Shown: positions 40,877-50,586 of the stretch, in pieces
Numbering within the stretch: the stretch's first letter is position 1
Layout: each line of letters opens with the position of its first letter
Source: Actinomycetota bacterium
GTDB lineage: Bacteria > Actinomycetota > Thermoleophilia > Gaiellales > Gaiellaceae
DNA: 64,000 bases
Assembly: GCA_046732255.1 (NCBI GenBank)
Contig: JBKPMR010000061.1
Location: 17,436 to 81,435 of the forward strand
Direction: 5' to 3'
Program-made: the position numbers and the translations under genes
The notes under the pieces: model-generated
What the model was told of the DNA's origin: nothing
Database searches by the model: none
Seen by the model: the letters and a program-made list of their open reading frames with translations, nothing else

Positions 40877-41970
40877 GTTCTGGCGACGATCGCGTAGTCG
40901 AGCGGCGCGAAGAGGATCTCGCGAATTCGCTCGTCGACGTCGTCGGCGTGGCGCGGCGCGTTCAGGAAGCGGGTCTCGATTGCCCGGAACCCCGCTTGGG
41001 ACGCCAAGAGCTTGAGCGTCTCGGGGACGAGCGGCTGGGCGTGGGTGAGGTCGGCGAAGTACGAGCGGAGGGCGAGCGGCGAGAGCGGGTTGATCGTCTC
41101 GGCGATCAGCGGGCCGCCGGGGCGCAACTTCTGCGCGGCAAGCTCGAGGAAGCGGAACAGCACGGCCGGCGGCAGATGCTCGACGACCTGCCCGGCAAAG
41201 ATCCCGCCCAGGTTCCCGTCCGGCAGCGCCTCGAGGTAGGCGAGTGCGTCGGCCTGTTCGACGTCGAGCCCTTCTCCTCGTGCGAACGCGACCATGTCGG
41301 CGTCGGCGTCGATGCCACGGGCCTCGACGCCGGCGTCGCGCCGAAGCCCGAGGAGCTCGCCGCGGCCGCAGCCCACGTCGAGCACCGGGGAGGCGTCGCG
41401 AAGGTCGTCCACGTAGGGGCGCTGGCGCTCGCGGACGTCGGTCGTCGAGCCGCGCATCCTCGCCTCGAAGGCGAAGTAGTCGGGGACGGCGGCAGCGGCA
41501 GGCTGTGACGCGACCGTCTGCGGAACCGCGCCGGCACCACGGCGCTCCGCGCGGATCAGCCGCTCCTCGAGCTCGCCGAGGGTGCGCTCGGCCTCTGCGC
41601 GGGACGTCTCGCCGCGGTCGACCTCCTCCAGAATCCCGTCGACCATCTTCAGGACGACGTCGTTGAAGGACCGCTGCTCCGCCGCCAGGGGCTCCACGTA
41701 CCAGCGCAGGAACGGCCTGAGGATGCGCTTCAGCGGATACGCGACCCAGCCCTTCAGCCCCGGGCGCCGCTCCAGCGGGCGGTCGGCCGAGACGGACCAG
41801 AGCCGCTCAGCGCGGTGCCGGGCGGCGAGCAGGCGCCCGCGTCCCTCGGCGGTGCCGTTCCGGCCGCCGGCGAGCTCCTCGCGGAGCCGCTCGACCAGCG
41901 CGTTCACGTCCACCTCCGAAGCGGTGGAAATCCCCGAAGCATGGCTCGACGACTCGGCGCTACCGGGCAC
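40873..41970 (-). CDS. SAM methyltransferase with N-terminal coiled-coil region
   Basis: 365 aa. N-terminal ~130 aa are helical and charged (ERTLGELEERLIRAERR), then VLDVGCGRGELL...GIFAGQVVEHL. Confidence 0.75.
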   Translation of the reverse strand: MPGSAESSSHASGISTASEVDVNALVERLREELAGGRNGTAEGRGRLLAARHRAERLWSVSADRPLERRPGLKGWVAYPLKRILRPFLRWYVEPLAAEQRSFNDVVLKMVDGILEEVDRGETSRAEAERTLGELEERLIRAERRGAGAVPQTVASQPAAAAVPDYFAFEARMRGSTTDVRERQRPYVDDLRDASPVLDVGCGRGELLGLRRDAGVEARGIDADADMVAFARGEGLDVEQADALAYLEALPDGNLGGIFAGQVVEHLPPAVLFRFLELAAQKLRPGGPLIAETINPLSPLALRSYFADLTHAQPLVPETLKLLASQAGFRAIETRFLNAPRHADDVDERIREILFAPLDYAIVART

Positions 41971-42041
41971 CGATCCATTGTAAGAGCGCCTCGTTACGAC
42001 CCTGTTAGCTCACTGGATCCACACCCTGTGAACGTTCTGCA

Positions 42042-42171
42042 CCACAAACGTTCCAACCCCCGTCTCAGAGACCGGGGTGAAAGCGGCTTGCCGACGCGGA
42101 CGGCCCTGGCACGGGGGACAAGCTGTTCCACAAACGTTTCACCTCCGGTCTCAGAGACTGGGTGTGAAACG
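42042..42171 (+). repeat. composite double-hairpin dispersed repeat, copy B
   Basis: Degenerate hairpin 42049-42084, spacer with GCGGACGGCCCTGG, and near-perfect hairpin 42135-42171 (CGTTTCACCTCCGGTCTCAGAGACTGGGTGTGAAACG). Lies in the divergent region between 41970(-) and 42237(+). Confidence 0.8.
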
Positions 42172-42236
42172 TCACGAGCTCCGCCACGGCTCTTGCAGAC
42201 GCAAGGATCGGCCCGCGATCCTGATTAACTCGCCGC

Positions 42237-43298
42237 GTGGTCGGACTCTCGATGCTGACCCTCGTTCCCGGGATCGTCGGCGGGTCGGAGACCTACGCGC
42301 GCGAGCTCTGCAAGGCGCTCGGTCGGGTCGGACGCCTCGAGTACCACGCGTTCGTCCCGACGATCGCCCCGGACGCAGGCGGCGGACTGCCGACCACCGT
42401 CGTCCGCGAGTATCGGGCCTCCCGCTCCATGCCGGGTCGCATCGTGGCGATGTCCCGCGCCGCGGCCGCCCCGGGCCGCCTGCGGCGCGCGCTCCGCACG
42501 TCAGAGCTCGACGCGATCCACTTCCCGCTGAGCGTGATGCTTCCGCCGCTCGATGCGCCCCCGGCCGCGACGACCGTCCTCGACGTCCAGCACGAGGTCT
42601 TCCCGGAGTTCTTCTCGCGCGCCGAGCTCACCTACCGGCGACGTGTCTACGGCTGGACAGTGAGGAGGAGCCGCATCGTGATCACGATCTCCGAGCACGC
42701 GCGCGCCGCGCTGATCGACCGCCTCCACCTCGATCCGGGACGCGTACGCGCGATTCACCTGGCGGTCGACCACGAGCGCTTCTCCCCGGATGGGCGGACC
42801 CGCGGGCCGTTCCTGCTCTATCCCGCGAACGCGTGGCAGCACAAGAATCACGCGCGCCTCTTCGAGGCCTTCACGGAGATACGCAGCGAGCGGCCGGAGC
42901 TTCGCCTCGTTCTCACCGGCGCGGGCCACGACCGCCTGACCCTCCCGGGCGGAGCGGAGTCGCGCGGCCACGTCAGCCTCGACGACCTCGTCGACCTGTA
43001 CCGCAGCGCCGGCGCGCTCGTCTACCCGAGCCTGTACGAGGGCTTCGGGATCCCCTGCGTGGAGGCGATGGCCTGCGGCTGTCCGGTGGCCGCCTCGAAC
43101 GTCGCGTCGCTCCCGGAGGTCTGCGGCGACGCGGCCGTCTACTTCGACCCCCTCGACGCCGAGTCGATCGCGGATGGGATCCGCGCCGTTCTCGACCGAC
43201 CGCCTCCCGGAGGGCCGGAACGCGCGTCCCGTTTCACCTGGGAGCGCTGCGCCCGTGAGCACGACGCGGTCTACGAGGAGCTGGCGGCGACCGCCTGA
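42237..43298 (+). CDS. GT4 family glycosyltransferase
   Basis: 353 aa, [26 protein letters not shown]. Confidence 0.85.
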   Translation: MVGLSMLTLVPGIVGGSETYARELCKALGRVGRLEYHAFVPTIAPDAGGGLPTTVVREYRASRSMPGRIVAMSRAAAAPGRLRRALRTSELDAIHFPLSVMLPPLDAPPAATTVLDVQHEVFPEFFSRAELTYRRRVYGWTVRRSRIVITISEHARAALIDRLHLDPGRVRAIHLAVDHERFSPDGRTRGPFLLYPANAWQHKNHARLFEAFTEIRSERPELRLVLTGAGHDRLTLPGGAESRGHVSLDDLVDLYRSAGALVYPSLYEGFGIPCVEAMACGCPVAASNVASLPEVCGDAAVYFDPLDAESIADGIRAVLDRPPPGGPERASRFTWERCAREHDAVYEELAATA

Positions 43299-44263
43299 CC
43301 GCGGAGCCGGTCCAGGTCGGCGTCGACGAGCAGCCGCACGAGCCCGTCGAACTCGATCGTCGGCGCCCAGCCGAGCCTCGCGTGCGCCTTCGAGGAGTCG
43401 CCGACGAGATCGTGGAGCTCGGCCGCGCCGCGGCGCAGCGACTCGTCGATCTGGACGTACTCGCGCCAGTCGAGGCCGACGTGGGCAAACGCGAGCTCGA
43501 CCAGCTCGCGGACGCTGTGCGGCACGCCGGTCGCGATCACGAAGTCCTCGGGCTCGTCCTGACGGAGCATGAGCGCCATCGCGCGCACGTAGTCGCCGGC
43601 GTAGCCCCAGTCGCGCCGGGCGTCGAGGTCGCCGAGCCAGAGCTCGCCTGCGAGCCCGAGCGAGATCGACGCTGCCCCGTTCGCGATCTTCCGCGTGACG
43701 AAGTCGAGCGGCCGGCGCGGGGACTCGTGGTTGTAGAGGATCCCCGAGCAGGCGTAGAGGCCGTAGCGCCGCCGGTACGAGCGCACGATCAGGTGCCCGT
43801 ACGCCTTGGCGACGCCGTACGGCGTCACCGGCAGGAGCGCCGTCTCCTCGGTCTGCGGCACCTCGCGCGGCTCGCCGAAGATCTCCGACGAGGAGGCCTG
43901 GTAGAAGCGGATCTCCGGGTCGACGTGCCGGATCGACTCGAGCAGTGCGGTGACGCCGACGGCGGCGAACTCGGCGGTCAAGACGGGCTGTTTCCACGAC
44001 ATCGGGACGAACGACGGCGAGGCGAGGTTGAAGACCTCCTGCGGACGCCGCTCGCGCAGCGCGTCGACGAGCGAGAGCTGGTCTAGGAGGTCGGCCTGGA
44101 CGAGCTCGATCCGGTCGCGAATCGCGGCCAGGTTGTCGAACTGCTCGGAGGTCGCCCGCCTGACGACCCCGACGACCTCGTAGCCCTCGTCGAGCAGGCG
44201 CTCCGCGAGCAACGATCCGTCCTGGCCGGCGATCCCGGTGATCAGCGCGCGGCGCGCAGCCAT
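43271..44263 (-). CDS. gmd: GDP-mannose 4,6-dehydratase
   Basis: Last 330 aa of ORF 43271..44551. ALITGIAGQDGSLLAERLL..GYEV.G..RR......FYQASSSE.FG......Q.E....P.TPYGVAKAYG....YRRRYGL.A.SGILYNHESPRR. Confidence 0.92.
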   Translation of the reverse strand: MAARRALITGIAGQDGSLLAERLLDEGYEVVGVVRRATSEQFDNLAAIRDRIELVQADLLDQLSLVDALRERRPQEVFNLASPSFVPMSWKQPVLTAEFAAVGVTALLESIRHVDPEIRFYQASSSEIFGEPREVPQTEETALLPVTPYGVAKAYGHLIVRSYRRRYGLYACSGILYNHESPRRPLDFVTRKIANGAASISLGLAGELWLGDLDARRDWGYAGDYVRAMALMLRQDEPEDFVIATGVPHSVRELVELAFAHVGLDWREYVQIDESLRRGAAELHDLVGDSSKAHARLGWAPTIEFDGLVRLLVDADLDRLRGQAVAASSS

Positions 44264-44288
44264 CGGGCCTAGACGATAGCTTCCGCGC

Positions 44289-45005
44289 ATGTCGCTGACC
44301 GAGGAGCTCCGCTCGGCTCCGCCGGGGCTGCACGGCCAGTCGGAGTTCTGGGGGCTCGCCTGGGAGGCGCTGGCGTTCATCGAGCGGACGGTGCAGCCGG
44401 GGATGGCGACGCTCGAGACGGGCGCCGGTGCGAGCACGATCGTCTTCGCCGCCCGAGGCGCCGAGCACGAGACGGTGACGCCGTCGCAGGAGGAAGCAGA
44501 CCGCATCCTCGGCGAGTGCGAGCGTCGTGGGATCTCGACCGCGAACCTCACGTTCCGGATCGGATCTTCGCCGGACGTCCTCCGCGGCTGGCGGGCGCGG
44601 CCCCTCGACCTGGTGCTGGTCGACGGCGCCCACGCCTTCCCCTATCCCACGCTCGACTGGTGGTACCTGGCACCGCACCTCAAGGTCGGCGGGTTGATGC
44701 TGTTGGACGACGCCTATATGCCGCCCGTCACTGCGGTCGTCGACCACCTGCGGAACTCACCCGCCTGGCGGCTCGAAGAGCCGATCAGCTTCCGCACCGC
44801 GGTCGCGCGCAAGCTCGCCGACGAGGTCCCGGACGGCGAGTGGAAGGGCGAGCGCGTCGCCGGACGGATGAACTTCCGCTACCTGCCGCCGCGCAGACGC
44901 GCCGTCGCCGCCGTCCGCCAACGGGTGTTCTCGACGCGACTGGGGCTGCGTGCGGTCGAGGTCGTACGCCCGTACATCAGCCGTTCCGGCGGCGGAGCGG
45001 GCTAA
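44289..45005 (+). CDS. class I SAM methyltransferase (Methyltransf_24-like)
   Basis: 238 aa, [14 protein letters not shown]...[17 protein letters not shown]....[11 protein letters not shown]. The ATG lies 6 nt after TAGCTT. Confidence 0.65.
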   Translation: MSLTEELRSAPPGLHGQSEFWGLAWEALAFIERTVQPGMATLETGAGASTIVFAARGAEHETVTPSQEEADRILGECERRGISTANLTFRIGSSPDVLRGWRARPLDLVLVDGAHAFPYPTLDWWYLAPHLKVGGLMLLDDAYMPPVTAVVDHLRNSPAWRLEEPISFRTAVARKLADEVPDGEWKGERVAGRMNFRYLPPRRRAVAAVRQRVFSTRLGLRAVEVVRPYISRSGGGAG

Positions 45006-45019
45006 CCTAGGCGATCGGA

Positions 45020-46183
45020 ATGGCGCCCATCGACGCCGACGTCGCCTGGACAGAGCAGGCGCTCACAAACCTGACCGCGGAGTTCGGAGACATCTACTCC
45101 GGACGGACGGTGCTCGTCACCGGTGCGGACGGCTTCATGGGCTCCCACCTGACCGACGCGCTCTGCCACCTGGACGCCGACGTCCATGCCTTCGTCCGCG
45201 CGACCTCGAGCGGCGCGCTCAACAACATCGGCCACCTGCGCTCCAAGCTCACCGTCCACTTCGCCGATCTCACCGACAAGACCTCCGTCGACTACCTGAT
45301 CCGCGACCTGGACGGTACGAAGCCCTACGTCTTCCACCTCGGCGCGCAGGCCCACGTGGGCGAGTCGTGGCACCGGCCGTACGAGACGGTGACGGCGAAC
45401 ACGCTCGGCACGCTGAACCTGCTCCAGTCGATCGTCGACCACGGGCTCGAGATCGAGGTGTTCGACACCGCGGGCACCTCCGAGGAGTACGGGAACGTGC
45501 GCGAGGCGGTCGCGCACCACCACGACTTCGACGAGGCCGGCGGGCTGATCCTGCACGAGCGCTCGCCGATCAACCCGAAGTCCGTGTACGCGACCTCGAA
45601 GGTCGCCGCCGACTTCCTGACCATGAACTACCACGACGCGTTCGGGCTCCCGGCCGTCGTCACCCGCATGTTCAACAACTACGGGCCGCGCCAGAACCCG
45701 CGGTACGTGACCGGGACGATCATCACCCAGGCGCTCGAGCGGCCCGAGATCGAGCTTGGCCAGCTCGAGCCGCTCCGCGACTTCTGCTTCTGCACCGACG
45801 GCGTCCGCGGGCACCTGACCGTTGCCGCAAAAGGCATTCCCGGCGACGTCTACGTCTACGGCCAGGGCGAGAACGTCTCGATGGCGGACTGGAGCGACCT
45901 GATCATCCGCACCGGCGAGGCACACGGCTTCTGGCCGGCGGGGCGGCGCGTGGTCAGCACGGAGGCCCGCTACCGACCGGGCGCGAGCGAGGTGATGGCG
46001 CTACGCGTCGGCTACGAGAAGCTCAACCGCGAGACCGGCTGGCACCCGAAGGTGAGCTGGGAGGAAGGGATCCTGCACACGATTCGCTGGTATGCCGAGA
46101 ACAGGGAGCGCTGGATCGGCCGCGTCGACTGGAAGGTCCAGGTCGCGGAAAGTGCTTCGCACTTTCCGCGAGGAACAGCATGA
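45020..46183 (+). CDS. extended-SDR NDP-sugar dehydratase/epimerase
   Basis: 387 aa, [31 protein letters not shown] (intact YxxxK). Confidence 0.85.
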   Translation: MAPIDADVAWTEQALTNLTAEFGDIYSGRTVLVTGADGFMGSHLTDALCHLDADVHAFVRATSSGALNNIGHLRSKLTVHFADLTDKTSVDYLIRDLDGTKPYVFHLGAQAHVGESWHRPYETVTANTLGTLNLLQSIVDHGLEIEVFDTAGTSEEYGNVREAVAHHHDFDEAGGLILHERSPINPKSVYATSKVAADFLTMNYHDAFGLPAVVTRMFNNYGPRQNPRYVTGTIITQALERPEIELGQLEPLRDFCFCTDGVRGHLTVAAKGIPGDVYVYGQGENVSMADWSDLIIRTGEAHGFWPAGRRVVSTEARYRPGASEVMALRVGYEKLNRETGWHPKVSWEEGILHTIRWYAENRERWIGRVDWKVQVAESASHFPRGTA

Positions 46184-47100
46184 GAACCCTTGTCACCGGT
46201 GGGGGAGGCTTCCTCGGCAGCCATCTCGTCGAGCGGCTGCGGGAGCAGGGCGTCGATCCGTTCGTCGCGCGGCGCGCCGACTACGACCTCACGCGCTGGG
46301 AGAACGCCGAGCGGCTTTTCGCCGACGCGCGGCCCGAGCTCGTGTTCCACCTCGCAGCGGAGGTCGGAGGGATCGGCGCCAACCGTGCCAACCCGGGGCG
46401 CTACTGGTACGCGAACCTGCAGATGGGCGTCAACATGCTCGAGCTGTCCCGGATCCACGGCGTCGACAAGCTCGTGATCGCAGGCACCGTGTGCGGCTAC
46501 CCCAAGCTCGCGCCCGTTCCGTTCCGGGAGGACGACTTCTGGGACGGCTACCCGGAGGAGACGAACGCGCCCTACGGCGTCGCGAAGAAGTCGCTCCTGG
46601 TCGGTGCGCAGAGCTACCGGGAGCAGTATGGCCTGAACGCGATCTTCCTGCTCCCCACCAACCTCTACGGCCCGCGCGACAACTTCGACCTCGAGACCTC
46701 GCACGTGATTCCGGCGCTGATCCGGAAGATGATCGAGTCGCCGGACCAGATCGTGCTCTGGGGCGACGGGTCGCCGAGCCGCGAGTACCTGTACGTCGAG
46801 GACTGCGCCGAGGGATTTCTCCTCGGCGCCGAGCGCTACGACGGGCCGGAACCGGTCAACCTCGGCACCGGCGTCGAGACGACCATCCGCGAGACCGCGG
46901 AGCTCGTCGCCGAGCTCACCGGCTTCGCCGGAGAGATCCGGTGGGACGAGTCGATGCCCAACGGCCAGCCGCGCCGCAGCCTCGACGCCTCCCGCGCGAA
47001 GGAGCTGTTCGGCTTCGAGGCGAAGACGCCGCTGCACGAGGGGCTGGAACGGACGATCGCTTGGTACCGGGCACAGGCGCCCGTCCATGCGGCCCCGTGA
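46180..47100 (+). CDS. fcl: GDP-L-fucose synthase (GDP-4-keto-6-deoxymannose 3,5-epimerase/4-reductase)
   Basis: Last 306 aa of ORF 44950..47100. [13 protein letters not shown]...[18 protein letters not shown].....NL.MG.N......HGVDKLV..G..C.YPK....PF.E.....[14 protein letters not shown]......SYREQYG.N....[11 protein letters not shown]....[14 protein letters not shown] 46180 is in an ATGA overlap. Confidence 0.9.
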   Translation: MRTLVTGGGGFLGSHLVERLREQGVDPFVARRADYDLTRWENAERLFADARPELVFHLAAEVGGIGANRANPGRYWYANLQMGVNMLELSRIHGVDKLVIAGTVCGYPKLAPVPFREDDFWDGYPEETNAPYGVAKKSLLVGAQSYREQYGLNAIFLLPTNLYGPRDNFDLETSHVIPALIRKMIESPDQIVLWGDGSPSREYLYVEDCAEGFLLGAERYDGPEPVNLGTGVETTIRETAELVAELTGFAGEIRWDESMPNGQPRRSLDASRAKELFGFEAKTPLHEGLERTIAWYRAQAPVHAAP

Positions 47101-48811
47101 ACGCGCGCGGCCACTCTGGTCGCTGATCGTCCGACGTCAACCCTGGAGCGTTCTCGGCCCGCTGCTCGTCCTCCAGTGGCTCTGCCTGGTCGTGTTCGCG
47201 CTCCGGGCCGAGCACAACGGCTGGCTCTACTACCAGGGCGGCGACCAGTCCTACTACTGGACCGGCGCGCACCAGCTCTCCGAGTGGACGCTCCCGGTCG
47301 CACTCGTCGGCTACGCGTGGTCGTACCTGCTGATCCCGATCGCCTTCTTCGCCGGCGCGAACGTCCTCTCGGGCCTACCGGTCGTGATCGTGCTCAACGC
47401 GCTGATCCTCCTGCCCGCGGCGCTGCTCTGCCTATACGGGATCGCGACGCGGATCGCGGGAAGGGTCTTCGGCTACTGGGCCGCGTTCCTGTGGGTGATC
47501 GTCCCCTACGCGACGATCCCGATGTTCGACCAGCGCTACCACGAGAAGTACGTCGACATCACGCTCCCGCAGTCCCTCGGGCTGACCGTGCTCGGGGACT
47601 TCCCGTCGATGGTCTTCCTCCTGGTCACGGCGTACCTGATCGTCCGCGCGCTCGACACGCGGGACTGGACGGACGCGGTCCTCGCCGGTCTGACCGGCGG
47701 CTTCGCAATCGGTCTGAAGCCGTCGAACTCGATCTTCTTCGGTGCCGCCGTGCTCTGCCTGGTGGTCGCGCGGCGGTGGACGCAAACGGCGGCGTTCGCG
47801 GCTGCGCTCGTTCCGGGCCTGTTCCTGCTCGCGCTCTGGAAGCAGCGCGGGCTGGGCGAGCTGCCGGCGTTCTCGTCGACCGGGACGGGCGGCAGCAGCG
47901 GGTCGCTGGCGGCGATCGGGGCGGACGCGCCGATCGGATCGCTCGTCTCGCCGGTTCGCCGGTACGTCGACCTCAACTGGCACCAGCTGCACCGGAACAT
48001 CGACGGCGTCCGCGAGTTCTTCTGGGCGGTGCGGCCGCTCGAGTTCGTGCCCTTCGCGGGGTTGCTCGCGATCGGCCGCCGCTCCTGGCCGAAGGCGATC
48101 CTCGTCTTCGCCTGGTTCATGACGTTCCTGCTGATCAAGGGAACCGACGACAAGGCGAACATCGAGGACGCGAGCTTCTTCCGCCTGCTGATGCCGAGCT
48201 TCCCTGCCTTCCTCCTGCTCCTCGCCTCGATCCCGCTGCTCGTGCCCGCCTTCTCCTGGACGCGCCGCGTGCTCCCGGTGCCGCTCCCGGCGCTGCCGTC
48301 GCGACGTCACGGTCGCCGGCTGCTCGCGGCGGCGGCCGCCGTCCTCGTGGCGCTCCCGCTGATCGTGGTCGCGGGCGCGATCCCGCAGAGCAATGCAGAG
48401 GCCGTCACCTACCGGCTCCAGGACGTCTACGTCCCGGTGCAGTCGTTCCACCTTAAGGCCGAAGTATCCGGCGGAAGAGTGCGCCTGACGTGGGACGCGC
48501 CGTACTCCGGCCGCACGAAGGTCTTCTACACCGTGCTCCGCTCGCGACCGGTCACGACCGATCCGGTGAACGACGACCGCAGGACGGTCGACGGGCTGTC
48601 GTGCAAGGAACGCCGGCACGGCGCACCGCTGAGCTGCGACCTGGAGATGACGCACCTCTCGACCACGACCGACCGGCGCTACGACGATCGCCCGCCGCCC
48701 GGCCGCTGGACGTACCGCGTCGGCATGACCGCGAACTGGGTCAACGACACCTCGCTCGGCGACGTGATGATCGTCAGCGACCCGGTGACGGTCAGCGCTC
48801 GCTCGTCCTGA
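47087..48811 (+). CDS. polytopic membrane protein, GT-C-like, with C-terminal soluble domain
   Basis: 574 aa, about 11 TM segments. First-loop motif [18 protein letters not shown]-terminal ~130 aa are beta-rich. Confidence 0.55.
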   Translation: MRPRERARPLWSLIVRRQPWSVLGPLLVLQWLCLVVFALRAEHNGWLYYQGGDQSYYWTGAHQLSEWTLPVALVGYAWSYLLIPIAFFAGANVLSGLPVVIVLNALILLPAALLCLYGIATRIAGRVFGYWAAFLWVIVPYATIPMFDQRYHEKYVDITLPQSLGLTVLGDFPSMVFLLVTAYLIVRALDTRDWTDAVLAGLTGGFAIGLKPSNSIFFGAAVLCLVVARRWTQTAAFAAALVPGLFLLALWKQRGLGELPAFSSTGTGGSSGSLAAIGADAPIGSLVSPVRRYVDLNWHQLHRNIDGVREFFWAVRPLEFVPFAGLLAIGRRSWPKAILVFAWFMTFLLIKGTDDKANIEDASFFRLLMPSFPAFLLLLASIPLLVPAFSWTRRVLPVPLPALPSRRHGRRLLAAAAAVLVALPLIVVAGAIPQSNAEAVTYRLQDVYVPVQSFHLKAEVSGGRVRLTWDAPYSGRTKVFYTVLRSRPVTTDPVNDDRRTVDGLSCKERRHGAPLSCDLEMTHLSTTTDRRYDDRPPPGRWTYRVGMTANWVNDTSLGDVMIVSDPVTVSARSS

Positions 48812-50366
48812 GGGCGCCGGCAAGCCGCCCTGCGCGGGCCAGTGCCGCCGGCAGGCCCACGGCGACGAGCGTGATCCCACCCGCGAGCCCGAGCGTCGCC
48901 CACGGGCCGTGGTCGTCCAGGACGTCCGGCGCGCGCCGCACGAGCAGGATCCAACCGACGATCGCGAGCGCCGCCCTGGCCGCGTCGACCGGTCCGAGCG
49001 ACGGCCTCGCGGTGGCGACGATGCCGAATCCAACCGCGGCCGCCAGCGCCACGAAGAAGAGCGCGACGCCGTGGCCGATGTGCAGCAGGTCGGCGACGGT
49101 CTCGGCGAACTGGCCGGCGGCGAAGCGGTGGAACCACGCCCGGTCGTCGGTGAGGAGCGGAGTCGTCAGCGTGAGCACGACCATCTCGACCCCCGAGCCG
49201 ACCGCGAGCGCAAGCGTGGTCAGGGGAAAGGACCGGTACGCCGCCGCGAACCCGAGAGCGAGGAACGGGAGGGTGGCGACGAGGAAGCGGGGCCCGGGTG
49301 AGTTGCCGCCGAACGGAGTCTCGTAACCGGCGTTGAGGACGAGGTAGAACGCGGCGACCGCCGCCGCAACACCCGCCTCGAGCCGGTGGCCGCCTCGGTA
49401 GAGAACCACCAGCCCGGCCGCGCCTGCGAGCACGACCGGCGTGAGGATGAGCAATCCGATCGGCGAGAACAGGAGTTCCACCAGGGTGCGGAAGTCCGGA
49501 CCGGTGATCCCGAACAGCCCCCGCTTGTTCGCGTCCTGGTCGCCGACGACGTTCGCGTACGAGAACGTGAACGGGTTCCCGAACGCCCAGAGGTTGAAGA
49601 GCAGCGCGGGCAGCCCGCCGACGATCGCACCGCCGGCGTAGACGCCGAGCCGCGTGAGCACGGGCCGGCGCGCGATCGCGTACAGGCCGAGGATCGCGCC
49701 GACGAGCGCGACAGGGAACTCGACGGTCGCGGCGAGACCCGCCAGCAGCCCGGCGAGTCCGACCGAGAGCAGGCGAGGCGACCCGAGACGCTCCTGCCGG
49801 AGGACGGCAAACGCCGCGAAGGCGAGCGTCGCGCTGAGGACGTGCGAGAACAGCATCGTCGCGAACGGCAGGACCATCGTCGCCAGGCCGAGGGTGACCG
49901 CCGCCGCGGTGCCGAACCCACGCTCGAGACCGTTCGCCGTTCGGGCAACGAGCACCAGCAGCAGGACTGCAGGGAGGAGCGCGCCGAAGAGCTGGAGAAA
50001 CCAGACCTCCGGCCGCGACTCCCTGATCGGCTCGGCTCCCCCGGTCGCCTTCAGCAGGAGATACGGCGGCAGCACGGCGAAAGCAAGCCCAGGGGCCTTC
50101 GCGGCGTAGTAGTGGCCGTCGATGAACGAGAGGTCGCCGGTGCCGTCGTCCGCCATGCCGCCCTTCCCGACCTCGAACCGCGTCCGGTCGACGTAGGGCT
50201 TGCCGTCGGCGAGTGCGCGGACGAGGGCGTAGTGCGCGCCCTGGTTCCAGCCGAGGTACTGCACCGGGATCAGGTAGACGACGCCGACGGCCGCGATCGC
50301 CAGGATCGCCGCGTTGGCCCGGACCCAGGCCGCCGTCCGGGCGATGCGCTCGTCGCCGCCGTGCAC
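48792..50366 (-). CDS. polytopic membrane protein, possible GT-C-fold glycosyltransferase
   Basis: ORF 48792..50540, more than 12 hydrophobic segments, GWNQGAHYALVRALADGKPYVD...GHYYAAKAPGLAF. Start uncertain (GTG 50366 chosen; the ORF-track start is 50540). Confidence 0.5.
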   Translation of the reverse strand: MHGGDERIARTAAWVRANAAILAIAAVGVVYLIPVQYLGWNQGAHYALVRALADGKPYVDRTRFEVGKGGMADDGTGDLSFIDGHYYAAKAPGLAFAVLPPYLLLKATGGAEPIRESRPEVWFLQLFGALLPAVLLLVLVARTANGLERGFGTAAAVTLGLATMVLPFATMLFSHVLSATLAFAAFAVLRQERLGSPRLLSVGLAGLLAGLAATVEFPVALVGAILGLYAIARRPVLTRLGVYAGGAIVGGLPALLFNLWAFGNPFTFSYANVVGDQDANKRGLFGITGPDFRTLVELLFSPIGLLILTPVVLAGAAGLVVLYRGGHRLEAGVAAAVAAFYLVLNAGYETPFGGNSPGPRFLVATLPFLALGFAAAYRSFPLTTLALAVGSGVEMVVLTLTTPLLTDDRAWFHRFAAGQFAETVADLLHIGHGVALFFVALAAAVGFGIVATARPSLGPVDAARAALAIVGWILLVRRAPDVLDDHGPWATLGLAGGITLVAVGLPAALARAGRLAGALRTSER

Positions 50367-50452
50367 CGCGGGGAGCCTACTCGGAGGGCTTGGCGAAACG
50401 TGGTCTGTGTCGTCAGGCCGCGCTGGGCGGCGCGCTGCGGCGTCCTCAGTCG

Positions 50453-50478
50453 CCCCGATAGTTGGTTCACTATCGGGG
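50453..50478. promoter_or_regulatory. perfect 10-bp inverted repeat in a divergent control region
   Basis: CCCCGATAGT-TGGTTC-ACTATCGGGG, between the 5' ends of 48792-50366(-) and 50587-51879(+). Confidence 0.4.
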
Positions 50479-50586
50479 CTCCCTGCGTCCTTGCATCGTG
50501 CTCGCCCATCGCACCCTGGCGACGAGCAACGTTCCGCCAAGCCCTCCAGTGATTCGGGTCCGGGCTCGTTTGCGTAGATTCCGCGG

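Noticed and set aside
43271-43298. Two convergent gene pairs overlap by exactly 28 nt (43271-43298 and 63293-63320), both starting with CTACG
   Set aside because: Explained by paralogy. Both plus-strand GT4 proteins end ...AVY + 7 residues, and the GTC-TAC (Val-Tyr) codons read as TAG on the other strand. This is a coincidental by-product, not a signal.
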